This document shows positions 22,556-32,019 of a DNA stretch of 64,000 nt, piece after piece. Under the pieces are notes generated by a model. That model saw nothing but the letters and a program-made list of their open reading frames with translations, was not told the DNA's origin and did no database searches. Made by a program: the position numbers and the translations under genes. The stretch is from assembly GCA_965261545.1 (NCBI GenBank), contig CBDHDF010000010.1:288001-352000 (forward strand), in the 5' to 3' direction. This stretch comes from Bdellovibrionales bacterium. Lineage in GTDB: Bacteria; Bdellovibrionota; Bdellovibrionia; Bdellovibrionales; UBA1609. The stretch's first letter is position 1, and each line of letters starts with the position of its first letter.

Positions 22556-24724
22556 ATGAAATCAAGTACCCAATTTTTTGGCAAATATACTTTACTAGAA
22601 AAGCTCGCTTCTGGAGGAATGGCTGAGATTTTTCTGGCGCGTGGAACGGGTGCCAAGGGGATTGGAAAGCTTGTTGCTATTAAAAGAATTTTGCCCCAAT
22701 TTTCAGACAGTCAAGACTACAAGGATATGTTTACCTCGGAAGCGAAGATTGCTGTCAATTTGTCTCATAGTAACATTGTTTCCATTTATGAATTTGGTAT
22801 TGAAAAGAAGCAGCTTTACCTCGTCATGGATTATGTGGAGGGGCGAAATCTTCGACAGATGCTCAACAAAATGAAAGAGAAGTCTAAATCGTTCTCCATG
22901 GAGCAAGTTGTTTATATCATTAAAGAGGCCGCTTCTGGCCTCGATCATGCCCACCGATGTTTGGATGGAACCACTGGGGAGTCTCTCAACATTGTTCACA
23001 GAGATATCAGTCCACAAAACGTTATGATAAGTTTTGAGGGAGAGGTCAAAATCGTCGATTTTGGAATTGCCAAGGCTGAGGTCACAGAAGAAGCCACGGC
23101 GGATGGTACACTCAAAGGAAAATTTGGCTACATGAGCCCCGAACAAGCGGAAGGGCGTGGCATCAATCTAAGGACAGATATTTTTTCCCTAGGTATTATT
23201 TTGTGGGAATCTCTAGCTAGGGAGAGGCTCTTTTTAGCTAACAATGAGATTAGTACTCTTAGAAAGATTCGTCGATGCCAGATTCCCAGCTTAAAGAGAG
23301 TCAATCCCAATATTCACCCAGAGCTTGAAAGGATTGTCAAAAAGGCTCTGGTCAAAGACCAACACCTTCGTTATCAGGATTCTGCCGCTCTCCACCGGGA
23401 CCTGAGTCGTTTCTTAAACAGGAGATATCCAGATTTTTCATCCCATGATTTTTCTACTTTTATTAGGTCTCTTTATTCAGATGAGATTGTCTCTGCGAGA
23501 AAGCGTCTTATTGAGTATGCGAAAATACCTGATCCACCTGCTCCATCGGCTTCTGAAGTTACCTCCACGGAAGGACTCGATGAGAGCTTCCTTTCTATTT
23601 CTGAGGATCACTTGATTGATGAAAATCAATCTTTAGGTGCGGGAGGTCATGGTAAAACAACTTCGAGAATCACTCTCAGTGAGCCCCATGAAAACCTTTT
23701 AGGGAGAGAGAGTGGACTATCTGGCGGAAACCAAGAAGGGCGGGCTTCATTTGAATTTTCCGAAGATGATATGGATGAGGGAGAAGCTAAATCCATACTT
23801 CCATCTCCATCAGACCTTTCTCAGCCAGACATGTCACCTCTTTATAACACCACTACGACTTATACAGGTAGCATGCCAAATTCAAAAAATAAGAGTTTTT
23901 CCAATTCCAGGGATCTCAGTGTGAGTTTGGTGATGAGGCGAAAGCAGAAAAAGCACCATGTTGCTGTGATTCTTGTTTTGGCTATGACTGTATGTGGTTT
24001 GGCCTATATGACAGATCTTCACAAAAAAGTGCTTTCTCCTGAGAACAAGGCGCAAATTATTTCTCAAATTCAACAAGGGATTCCGAGGGCTCCCAGCAGC
24101 CCACCGTCTTTGCCCCCAAGCCAAGGGGCGGCTTCTGGCCCGGGCTCAACTCGCTCCGTCTCCTCCACTTCTCATCGGCCTCACCAACAGGGGGGTTTGA
24201 ATCAAGGGAGAGGATCGAATCAGGCCGTGGGGGCAACTTCCTCAGCAGGAGTGAATTCTCAGTCTGGCTCTAGGAAAATTAAAATCAATGTCAATAGCAA
24301 CCCTGCAAATGCAGAAATTTGGGTGAATGGAAAAGTCGTGGGGGAATCGACTCCTGCGATTATTTATGTGACTCAGAATAAACCCATTCATATAAAGCTG
24401 AAAAAAGAGAATCATATTACTTACACCAAAAAGAACTTGATCTTTTCCAAGGCAGGACAGGGTTTTATGGCCACTCTCCAAAGGGCTCATGTGGGCTATT
24501 TAAATATTGATGTGCGCCCTCCCCACCCCGCTGTTAAAATCTATTTAGATGGTGAACTTTTAAAGGGTGAAGAATTGCCCATCCGCCGATATGCGGTTCC
24601 AGCTAAAACCATTGTTGTGGAAGCTAGAAATCCAGTTTTGAAAACCTATAGCAAGCAAAGAATTCTTCTTCGGAAGGGTGAGAAAAAGTATGTGGTTTTA
24701 AAATTAAAAAAGAAATTTAGGTAA
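22556..24724 (+). CDS. Hanks-type Ser/Thr protein kinase with TM helix and C-terminal PEGA domain(s)
   Basis: GGMAEIF, VAIKR, HRDISPQN, DFGIAK, GKFGYMSPEQ; TM VAVILVLAMTVCGLAYM; NSNPANAEIWVNG..TP. Confidence 0.92.
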   Translation: MKSSTQFFGKYTLLEKLASGGMAEIFLARGTGAKGIGKLVAIKRILPQFSDSQDYKDMFTSEAKIAVNLSHSNIVSIYEFGIEKKQLYLVMDYVEGRNLRQMLNKMKEKSKSFSMEQVVYIIKEAASGLDHAHRCLDGTTGESLNIVHRDISPQNVMISFEGEVKIVDFGIAKAEVTEEATADGTLKGKFGYMSPEQAEGRGINLRTDIFSLGIILWESLARERLFLANNEISTLRKIRRCQIPSLKRVNPNIHPELERIVKKALVKDQHLRYQDSAALHRDLSRFLNRRYPDFSSHDFSTFIRSLYSDEIVSARKRLIEYAKIPDPPAPSASEVTSTEGLDESFLSISEDHLIDENQSLGAGGHGKTTSRITLSEPHENLLGRESGLSGGNQEGRASFEFSEDDMDEGEAKSILPSPSDLSQPDMSPLYNTTTTYTGSMPNSKNKSFSNSRDLSVSLVMRRKQKKHHVAVILVLAMTVCGLAYMTDLHKKVLSPENKAQIISQIQQGIPRAPSSPPSLPPSQGAASGPGSTRSVSSTSHRPHQQGGLNQGRGSNQAVGATSSAGVNSQSGSRKIKINVNSNPANAEIWVNGKVVGESTPAIIYVTQNKPIHIKLKKENHITYTKKNLIFSKAGQGFMATLQRAHVGYLNIDVRPPHPAVKIYLDGELLKGEELPIRRYAVPAKTIVVEARNPVLKTYSKQRILLRKGEKKYVVLKLKKKFR

Positions 24725-24727
24725 CCT

Positions 24728-24765
24728 CATTTCGGCTTTTTTAGTCTAAGAATGGAGCCGAAATG
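24728..24765. terminator. Hairpin between convergent genes, probable terminator
   Basis: catttcggct / agccgaaatg perfect 10-bp inverted repeat just after the kinase stop. Confidence 0.6.
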
Positions 24766-24796
24766 GGTCACTTGCTACTTCCACTGCACCTAAAAA

Positions 24797-25231
24797 TCAG
24801 AAGCATGCCACACCAAATTTATTGTTTTTCCTATTATAAAAGTGGATGAAGAGGCTTCCAGTTTTACATTGATATGTGTTTCTCCAAATGCGTCGAGTGA
24901 GAAGTTTTCTTGTTGAAAACTCTGGATAGACATCCACTCTCATGTAAGCTCCATGACAGCTTCTATAGTGAGCTTTTCTACCATGATTGGGTTCAACTGA
25001 TTTCCATCGTCCCCCTTTGCCATATTTGTTGTAACACTTGGTGTGAAGCCGGTGGCGATCACTGGTATTGCCTATACGTATGTACCCCCAATCGTTCGTA
25101 TTTTCCGTATCTTGCATATCTTTCGTATTTTGCGTATCTTTTGCAGTATCTCCTGGGCTGTATCCAAAGCTTATAGTTGATAAAAAACTACAGATTATTA
25201 GAATTATAGTGAAGTGAGTGAATGATCTCAT
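24797..25231 (-). CDS. Small secreted Cys-containing hypothetical protein, paralog of 43636..44061
   Basis: Signal-like N-terminus, SD aaggag, shared blocks DWGYIRI, TKCYNKYGKG, RSC.GAYMRVDV, RIWR. Confidence 0.8.
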   Translation of the reverse strand: MRSFTHFTIILIICSFLSTISFGYSPGDTAKDTQNTKDMQDTENTNDWGYIRIGNTSDRHRLHTKCYNKYGKGGRWKSVEPNHGRKAHYRSCHGAYMRVDVYPEFSTRKLLTRRIWRNTYQCKTGSLFIHFYNRKNNKFGVACF

Positions 25232-25292
25232 ATGTTCTCCTTTCTCTTACTTTCTTGTGGTGTAAAATTAAAAGTTGCGGACTCTTATGGAC

Positions 25293-25452
25293 TTACCTCA
25301 AATCGAATGTAGTTCCCCTCCCAACAGTTATCTTCGAAGTGATATAACTATAAGTTATACTTCTGATTAATTTATTGCAAATTAATAAAGAAATTCATGA
25401 ACAAAAATGACCTTGGCCTAGGGACCTTAAGTACTATTTTGTGCAATGTTCC
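25293..25452 (-). promoter_or_regulatory. Conserved upstream region of the secreted-protein gene, with palindrome tataact-ata-agttata (25343..25359)
   Basis: Aligns with ~44115..44278 upstream of the paralog; the palindrome overlaps a -10-like hexamer. Confidence 0.6.
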
Positions 25453-25457
25453 ACCAC

Positions 25458-27011
25458 TCAGGTGTATTCCGAGATATATGAGATGTATTCCTCCCAATTT
25501 TCCCGGGAGAGAAAAATATCCACATGGGCTGAGTCACCAAGCATGCTGCGGATTTTTTTATAGGTGTGGCCGGGGCCACAGGCGTGGTGAGCCTTTTTGA
25601 GGTGGGGGTAGTGTCGGAGGGCTTCTAGAAATTGGCTTCCACTCATCCAGTAAAAATGAGTTTCATCGCTGAGGGTGGGGGTATTTTTTGCGGATTTGAG
25701 GTTATAGGTGGCGTAAGTCTCTTTGTCTCCTATGTCCATAGCTCCTTTGTGGGTGAGCTTTAGCCAATGAACTTCACCACCTGTCAGGTGGTTTAGCATG
25801 GGGTCTTCATTTTCTCCCAGGGATTCTGAGGAACCATGAACCCAGTATCCCCTTTGTGCCAACTTGTGCCACGTTTTCATTCCGCTGCTCCATATGAGAT
25901 CATGACAAATGGAACCTAGGGGAAGGGAGGTTTCTCTACTCACCCATAGGGGGCGATGCCAGTGGGTATTTTCGAGGGCGAGATTCTCTCGATGAAACCA
26001 CTTATGGTTTTTAGGGTTGCAAGGTTTAAGAGAGACTGAGAGTGGATTTGCAGGCTTAGAATGTTTTTTTGAGCACTCCCACTTTTTGAGGATATGTCCT
26101 TTTAAGGTTACACCCCTTAAGGAAAGTATTTCTCCGTAGTTTCTTTCGAAGATGCTCACTCCAATCTTTTGGTGACACCCTCCTCCGTAGTTTGAAAGAA
26201 TATTTCGCTCTTTAGAAGCCGCTTTGTAGGTCGTTTTGCAGTTGAGTGTCTCTAAGAGTGCAAGCTGAGGATGGTGCTTGAACTGCCTCTCCTTTTGGGC
26301 CACTTCAATAGCCAAAGCTCCCTGGGCGGGGGCACAGGGATTTTCGCAAAGGGGAAGGACCATCCACTGGGATTGATCAATAAACTGACGCACCTTTTGC
26401 TTTATTTCTAAAAACTCGCTTTTATCTGTGGCTAGAAGGCGGTCCACAGCGGCCTTGGCGACAACGAGCCCTTGCCCCTTTCCTTTTTCTTGAAATAGTT
26501 TGGAAAGTCTTGTGGGAATGTTGCCGCGAATGGGTTTAAAAATCACATTTTTTAATTCGTGGGGCCAAATCTTTGGAAGGAGGGGTTTTAAATTGTATTC
26601 TCGCCGGGGGGAAGATGAAAAAACTTCAAGCACTCTCCGGCTTCGCACCACATCCAACTCCCTTTTGGGAATGAGAAAGAGGTCTCTCATATCTGCTCGC
26701 GGTCTTGTGGCAATGACTTTCGTTCCATGGGAGGGCTCTTCTTCTGTGGGCAGGTCTTTCCATGAGTGGACGACGAGGTCCACTTCTCCATTGACAAGGT
26801 GTTGGTGGAGGTCCTGTGTGAAAACACCCTTGGTTTCAAAAGAGGTCAAATCCACTTCACTGTGTCGGTCCCCCCAGGAAGCACTGAATTTGTATTCAAT
26901 TTCCAAGCTTGGTTCGAGAGACTGAAGAGCCTCTCCCACTTCGTAGGCTTGAAGGCGAGCTAGGTGGCTTTGGCGTGAGGCGAGAATAAGTTTTTTTTTC
27001 ACGATTTTCAT
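25458..27011 (-). CDS. hemC: Hydroxymethylbilane synthase with ~200-aa C-terminal extension (possible HemD-like domain)
   Basis: ASRQSHLARLQ, KGVFT, VHSWKDLP, SSPRR, RGNIPTRL, APAQGALA, GGGC cofactor Cys. Confidence 0.9.
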   Translation of the reverse strand: MKIVKKKLILASRQSHLARLQAYEVGEALQSLEPSLEIEYKFSASWGDRHSEVDLTSFETKGVFTQDLHQHLVNGEVDLVVHSWKDLPTEEEPSHGTKVIATRPRADMRDLFLIPKRELDVVRSRRVLEVFSSSPRREYNLKPLLPKIWPHELKNVIFKPIRGNIPTRLSKLFQEKGKGQGLVVAKAAVDRLLATDKSEFLEIKQKVRQFIDQSQWMVLPLCENPCAPAQGALAIEVAQKERQFKHHPQLALLETLNCKTTYKAASKERNILSNYGGGCHQKIGVSIFERNYGEILSLRGVTLKGHILKKWECSKKHSKPANPLSVSLKPCNPKNHKWFHRENLALENTHWHRPLWVSRETSLPLGSICHDLIWSSGMKTWHKLAQRGYWVHGSSESLGENEDPMLNHLTGGEVHWLKLTHKGAMDIGDKETYATYNLKSAKNTPTLSDETHFYWMSGSQFLEALRHYPHLKKAHHACGPGHTYKKIRSMLGDSAHVDIFLSRENWEEYISYISEYT

Positions 27012-27141
27012 GCTTTCACACTTTCATATTTTGGGTTGGAAATGTCGAAGTGGATACAGGAAGTGGACAAAAATGGCGCCTCCATAATGGTGCAGTTTTC
27101 CATGAAGCGGAGACTGTGGGATGGAGGCTGAATCTGTTATT

Positions 27142-28314
27142 TTAAACACAGATATCTTCCCAACCAAAGGGGCGAATTTGTACAAAGTGGTTCCTTTGAG
27201 TGGTAAGTCTCACAATGGTGGAACGAGCTTGTTCAATTCTCAAAGAAAGGCCCTCTTTATTTCTTTCCATTTCTTCAAAAATATGATTCAGGCATTGAAT
27301 CTGGCACTGGTGTTGTAGGAAGGATGGGAGAGGGTCTTGCCGACTTTCACCTCGCAAGTCAATGATAGATCGGGGGCGATTTTTTCCCATCCAATGGAGG
27401 AGGTTAGAGGTTGGTAGGGGAACCGCTACAATGAGACTTCCCTTGAAAGTGGAAAGGGGATCATGGAGAGAGTGAACAGTGATATTTTGGTTTTGATAGG
27501 TGGAAGATAACTTGTCGAGATCTCGTCCTGACACTTGATTTTTGTCTTGATCTTGTTGGTTTGGTTGTCTTGATTGGTCTTGAATTTGATTTAATACTTT
27601 CACTGGATTGCGGCAGTGAATATGAATGGGACCAGAAAATTTTGCCATCCAGGGAAGAATTTTTTGAACAATATGGCCAGCTCCCAAAAAATGTACTTCC
27701 TCCCCAGGCTGGAGGAGGTTTCGGACGATGCCGCCATAACTTTGGCTTCCCAAGTTCAGCAAGTGTTTTTGGCGTACATACTTAGCATCTTTGCAAATGC
27801 TTTCCAGGGTGGCTTTGAGTTTTTGGCTGGAGTAGTGGTTTTCAAAGGGGTGTTTTTTGATGAGATTTTTAAATTGACCAAAGATTTCTGTTTCCCCAGG
27901 AATGGGCGATTGTAGCCCACAGACCACTCCTAAGCAGAAGGAGTAAGCTTCATGACCCGTATAAAATTGAAGGCAATTTTCGGATTTCCTAAGCTTTTCA
28001 AAGGAGTTGAATTGATTTGCCGTTTTCAGCTTTTCGAAGGCCCGAAGTTCCGTTGGCAAATCATGAGACAGTTTTTGGGGAAGTAAAAATTTTCCAAAGC
28101 CCAATATGAGGGAGCGCCAACATGTGGACCATGGAAGCCATGACCCCTCGGGGGAAGATGGTAGGTGGTTGGGCAAGGAGGAGGGCAAGCTGGTGACACC
28201 TTGTTGGTGGGCAATAAAGAAGGGGTCCTTCAAGGTTAACCTCTGGGTAAGCAAGCTAAGTGCAGAGCAAGTATGGCTGGGTGTGTACGTACATAAAATT
28301 GTTTGTAAAGCCAT
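27142..28314 (-). CDS. hemA: Glutamyl-tRNA reductase-like protein (short, divergent)
   Basis: STCWR (TCxR catalytic Cys), GLQSPIPGETEIFGQFK, LGAG NADPH motif, IIDLR; upstream of hemC. Confidence 0.8.
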   Translation of the reverse strand: MALQTILCTYTPSHTCSALSLLTQRLTLKDPFFIAHQQGVTSLPSSLPNHLPSSPEGSWLPWSTCWRSLILGFGKFLLPQKLSHDLPTELRAFEKLKTANQFNSFEKLRKSENCLQFYTGHEAYSFCLGVVCGLQSPIPGETEIFGQFKNLIKKHPFENHYSSQKLKATLESICKDAKYVRQKHLLNLGSQSYGGIVRNLLQPGEEVHFLGAGHIVQKILPWMAKFSGPIHIHCRNPVKVLNQIQDQSRQPNQQDQDKNQVSGRDLDKLSSTYQNQNITVHSLHDPLSTFKGSLIVAVPLPTSNLLHWMGKNRPRSIIDLRGESRQDPLPSFLQHQCQIQCLNHIFEEMERNKEGLSLRIEQARSTIVRLTTQRNHFVQIRPFGWEDICV

Positions 28315-28594
28315 TAAAAAGTCATTAAGAAGCTAGGTTCAAGGCTCAAATATAGTTTAGGTTTTAGGGTTATTTGTCATAGATTTGTCATAAATCCCCA
28401 TTTTCTGGCATTTTCAGAATGGCGTATTAATGGCAGGAACCCTTGTTTTTTCAAGTTCGGCGAGAATTTCTGGCTATGAAGTAACTTTTCTTGACAATCT
28501 TCAAGGTTGAGTTCAGCTTGAATGTTGTCCTTTTTAAAAACTCACAACTTATGAAGGACCCAAAAACTATGTCTCAGGGGCTAAAGGAGATCCA

Positions 28595-30673
28595 ATGAAG
28601 AAACTTCTCAAGTTTATGATGGCCATTCTGGCGTCTATGATAGGGACATTTCTGGCATTTACTGTCTTCTTCTTGTTTTTGATTTCCTCGTTCGTGACTT
28701 TGGGTACTTTCTTGGGGGGCACTCAACTGAAATGGGAAGGACATCAGTGGGGCACTGAGTTTTCTCAAATCAAGGACTCTTCTGTTTTAAGATTGGTGTT
28801 GGAGGGTGTTCTTCAAGACCGTAGTCCTGCATTCAGTTATTCAGTTATTTTCCAAGACCAGCCCGATGCCATAGGTTTGTACGAAATCACTCAAACTCTA
28901 AGAGCCGCAGCTAAAGATGATCGCATTAAGGCTTTGCTCATAGAGTTTAGAAATTTGAAGTCTGGTATAGCCAATATGGAGTCTCTGAGGAGCGAGGTTT
29001 TGAAGTTTAAAGAATCGGGCAAACCTGTGATTGCCTATGGGGAGTCTTATAGTGAAAAGGATTATATTGTGGCTTCAGTGGCGGATGAAGTGGCTCTTTA
29101 TCCAAAGGGAGTTTTTGAGTGGAATGGCCTTTTTGCCAAACTGATTTATTTTAAAAACTCTCTAAATAAGTTGGAAGTGGTTCCTCAGGTATTTCGTACG
29201 GGGAAATACAAAAGTGGAGTGGAGCCTTTTACGGAAGAAAAAATGAGTGTCAGCCAGCGCGAGCAGCTGGATGCTATATTAGAAGTCAGTTGGAGCCAAG
29301 TGTTGAAATATGCTAGCGAAAAAACTCAACTATCTTTCAGTGAGTTAAACTCATTGGCTGAAAACTATCACCTTTTTCTTGCATTACAAGCTAAAGAAAA
29401 GGGGTTTGTGGATTTACTAGCTTCTGAGAGTGACATTGAGGAGAGGCTTATGAATATAGTGGGGGTTCAGGATGATGATTCTCATAAAATTATTGGACTT
29501 TCTGCACTTAGTGCCTTCAATGGGTCCGCCACCAGTGAGTCCATGTCCACGAGAGAACCACCGAATAGCTTTCCCCGCCCCCATTCTTCCAACGACCACT
29601 CCACCAGTGACTCCCATGCCTCCAACGCCTTGGATGATAAGCTTGAACCGGTTTCAGTGGAAGAGCTTGGGCCTGAATCCGAATCGGTTTCAGTTGGTGA
29701 TTCATGTTCAACTGACTGTGTAAACTATGTAAGTTGGAAGTCTTTTTATCGCCAGGTTGTTACGCCTGACTTGAAGTCAATGAAGAACATTGAGAAGAGT
29801 TGGAAGAAAGACAAGGTGGCTGTGATTTTTGCCAGCGGTGGTATTCAGGGAGATTCTTCTGAATCCACGGGTGTTATTGGTTCCAAGGAATTTTCAGAGA
29901 TCATGGGAAAGGTGGTTCGGGATGACGATATCAAAGCCGTGGTTTTGAGAATCAATAGTCCGGGTGGAGGTTTTCTTGCCTCTGATGTGATTTGGTCGTC
30001 CACGAAAAGGTTTAAGGGTAAAAAACCTTTGGTGGCCTCCTTTGGGAATGTGGCTGCCAGTGGAGGTTACTATATTGCCATGGGAAGTGATTATATTTTT
30101 TCAGAACCAACGACTGTGACGGGCTCCATTGGTGTTTTTGGAATATATCCATCGACGGAGAATTTTTTTAAGAACAAGGTTGGAGTGACGTTTGATACAG
30201 TCAAGACTCACCCCTTTGCGGATACCATGATGACAGAGCGCCTTTTAAACTCAGAAGAGCGCACAAGAATTCAAGGAATGATAGATTATTTTTATCAAGA
30301 TTTTTTAAATGTTGTCGCCGATGGTCGTTCTACGTTTAAAGCTGCGGAGGAAGCCCATAAGGTGGCACAGGGGCGAGTTTGGATTGGTAAGGAAGCCAAG
30401 GAAAAAGGTCTTGTGGATGAACTTGGAAATTTGATGCAGGCTATTGATAAATCTGTAGAATTGGCTGAGCTAGAGGACTATGAGATTGTACTCTACCCTA
30501 GAGCACGCTCTCCATGGGAGGAGATTTTTCGTCATTTCATGGATGTTTCAGTGGGATGGGGTGAGCAGTTTCTTCCCGACTTGTTGACAGATATCATAAG
30601 GGAAAGGACTGATGGACGGGCGTCTCCCTTTCATATTCATGCAAGACTGCCCTTTTCTATAGATATTAACTAA
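28595..30673 (+). CDS. sppA: Signal peptide peptidase SppA, 67K type
   Basis: GKYKSG.EP, LRINSPGG, AASGGYY, TGSIGV, GRVW.G; Ser-rich insertion mid-protein. Confidence 0.95.
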   Translation: MKKLLKFMMAILASMIGTFLAFTVFFLFLISSFVTLGTFLGGTQLKWEGHQWGTEFSQIKDSSVLRLVLEGVLQDRSPAFSYSVIFQDQPDAIGLYEITQTLRAAAKDDRIKALLIEFRNLKSGIANMESLRSEVLKFKESGKPVIAYGESYSEKDYIVASVADEVALYPKGVFEWNGLFAKLIYFKNSLNKLEVVPQVFRTGKYKSGVEPFTEEKMSVSQREQLDAILEVSWSQVLKYASEKTQLSFSELNSLAENYHLFLALQAKEKGFVDLLASESDIEERLMNIVGVQDDDSHKIIGLSALSAFNGSATSESMSTREPPNSFPRPHSSNDHSTSDSHASNALDDKLEPVSVEELGPESESVSVGDSCSTDCVNYVSWKSFYRQVVTPDLKSMKNIEKSWKKDKVAVIFASGGIQGDSSESTGVIGSKEFSEIMGKVVRDDDIKAVVLRINSPGGGFLASDVIWSSTKRFKGKKPLVASFGNVAASGGYYIAMGSDYIFSEPTTVTGSIGVFGIYPSTENFFKNKVGVTFDTVKTHPFADTMMTERLLNSEERTRIQGMIDYFYQDFLNVVADGRSTFKAAEEAHKVAQGRVWIGKEAKEKGLVDELGNLMQAIDKSVELAELEDYEIVLYPRARSPWEEIFRHFMDVSVGWGEQFLPDLLTDIIRERTDGRASPFHIHARLPFSIDIN

Positions 30674-30711
30674 AAATAAAGCGATGATTTAGAGAGAAGG
30701 GAATTGAGTTC

Positions 30712-32019
30712 ATGGATTCTGCAGAAAAAGAGCGTCAGGTTGTTTTGGTGGAGGGAGTTCGAACTCCCTTTGCCAAGGCGGGGAAGCAGCTTAAAGATCT
30801 CCATGCACTGGAGTTGGGAAGGGCCGCCTTGGTTGAGTTGGTAGCCAAAACTCAATTGGATGTCAAAGAAGTCGATGAAATCATTGTTGGGAATGTGGGA
30901 AGTCCCGCAGATGCGGTGAATGTCTCTAGAGTTATTGCTTTGAGGTCAGGGTTTCCCTTGAAAACATCTGCTTGTACAGTTCACCGCAACTGTGCTTCGG
31001 GTCTAGAGAGTATTACTTCGGGTTACGAAAAAATTAGATCGGGGACCATGGATGTCGTCGTGGCAGGTGGTACAGAGAGCATGTCTCAGATGCCCCTTCT
31101 TTTTACCAAAGAACTCCAAGACCTTTTTGGAAAATTTGTTTTTTCAAAGACAGTGGGGGATAAGCTCAAGGTTTTGAAGAAATTGAAACTAAAATATTTA
31201 ACACCCCGAGTGGCGATTGTGGAGGGACTTACAGACCCCTTTGAGGGAATCAATATGGGAGAAACAGCTGAGGTTCTCGCCCGTGAGTTTGCCATTGATC
31301 GTCAAGAGCAAGATAAGTTTGCCATTCTGAGTCACCAGAAGGCTGTGGCAGCTATGAAGTGTGGGAGGTTGAGGGAGGAGAGCACACCTCTTTTTATTCC
31401 CCCTCGTTTTGAAGAGGTGATTTACGATGATATTGGCCCCAGAGAAGATCAAAGTGTGGAGAAGCTCCAAAAGCTCAAGCCCTATTTTGATCGTAGATAT
31501 GGAAGTATTACCGTGGGTAATGCTTGTCCTGTCACCGACGGGGCAGCTATGGTTCTTTTGATGAGTCGGAAAAAAGCTGAATCCTTGGGTTACAAGCCTC
31601 TTGCGATCATACGATCCTATGCTTTTGTGGGTTTAGAGCCCAAGCGTATGGGATTGGGGCCTGTTTATTCCACGCCGGTGGCTTTGGAGAGGGCGGGACT
31701 TTCTATGAAAGACATAGGTCTTGTAGAGATCAATGAAGCTTTTGCGGCTCAGGTGCTCGCCTGTTTAAAAGCTTTTGGAAGTCAAACATTTGCTGAAGAG
31801 AAATTGGGTTTGAAGGAGGCTGTGGGTGAGGTGAATCCCGATCTTCTCAATGTCAACGGAGGGGCTATCGCTCTAGGGCACCCCATTGGGGCGACGGGGA
31901 CTCGTCTTGTTTTAACACTGGTGAAAGAAATGCAAAAAACAAATACACAATTTGGTCTCGCCTCATTGTGTATAGGCGGAGGTCAAGGTGGAGCCATCAT
32001 CCTCGAACAAACAAGCTGA
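30712..32019 (+). CDS. fadI: Acetyl-CoA C-acyltransferase (thiolase), FadI-like
   Basis: RNCASG, NEAFAAQ, GHPIGATG, CIGGGQG; upstream of a fadJ-like gene. Confidence 0.88.
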   Translation: MDSAEKERQVVLVEGVRTPFAKAGKQLKDLHALELGRAALVELVAKTQLDVKEVDEIIVGNVGSPADAVNVSRVIALRSGFPLKTSACTVHRNCASGLESITSGYEKIRSGTMDVVVAGGTESMSQMPLLFTKELQDLFGKFVFSKTVGDKLKVLKKLKLKYLTPRVAIVEGLTDPFEGINMGETAEVLAREFAIDRQEQDKFAILSHQKAVAAMKCGRLREESTPLFIPPRFEEVIYDDIGPREDQSVEKLQKLKPYFDRRYGSITVGNACPVTDGAAMVLLMSRKKAESLGYKPLAIIRSYAFVGLEPKRMGLGPVYSTPVALERAGLSMKDIGLVEINEAFAAQVLACLKAFGSQTFAEEKLGLKEAVGEVNPDLLNVNGGAIALGHPIGATGTRLVLTLVKEMQKTNTQFGLASLCIGGGQGGAIILEQTS

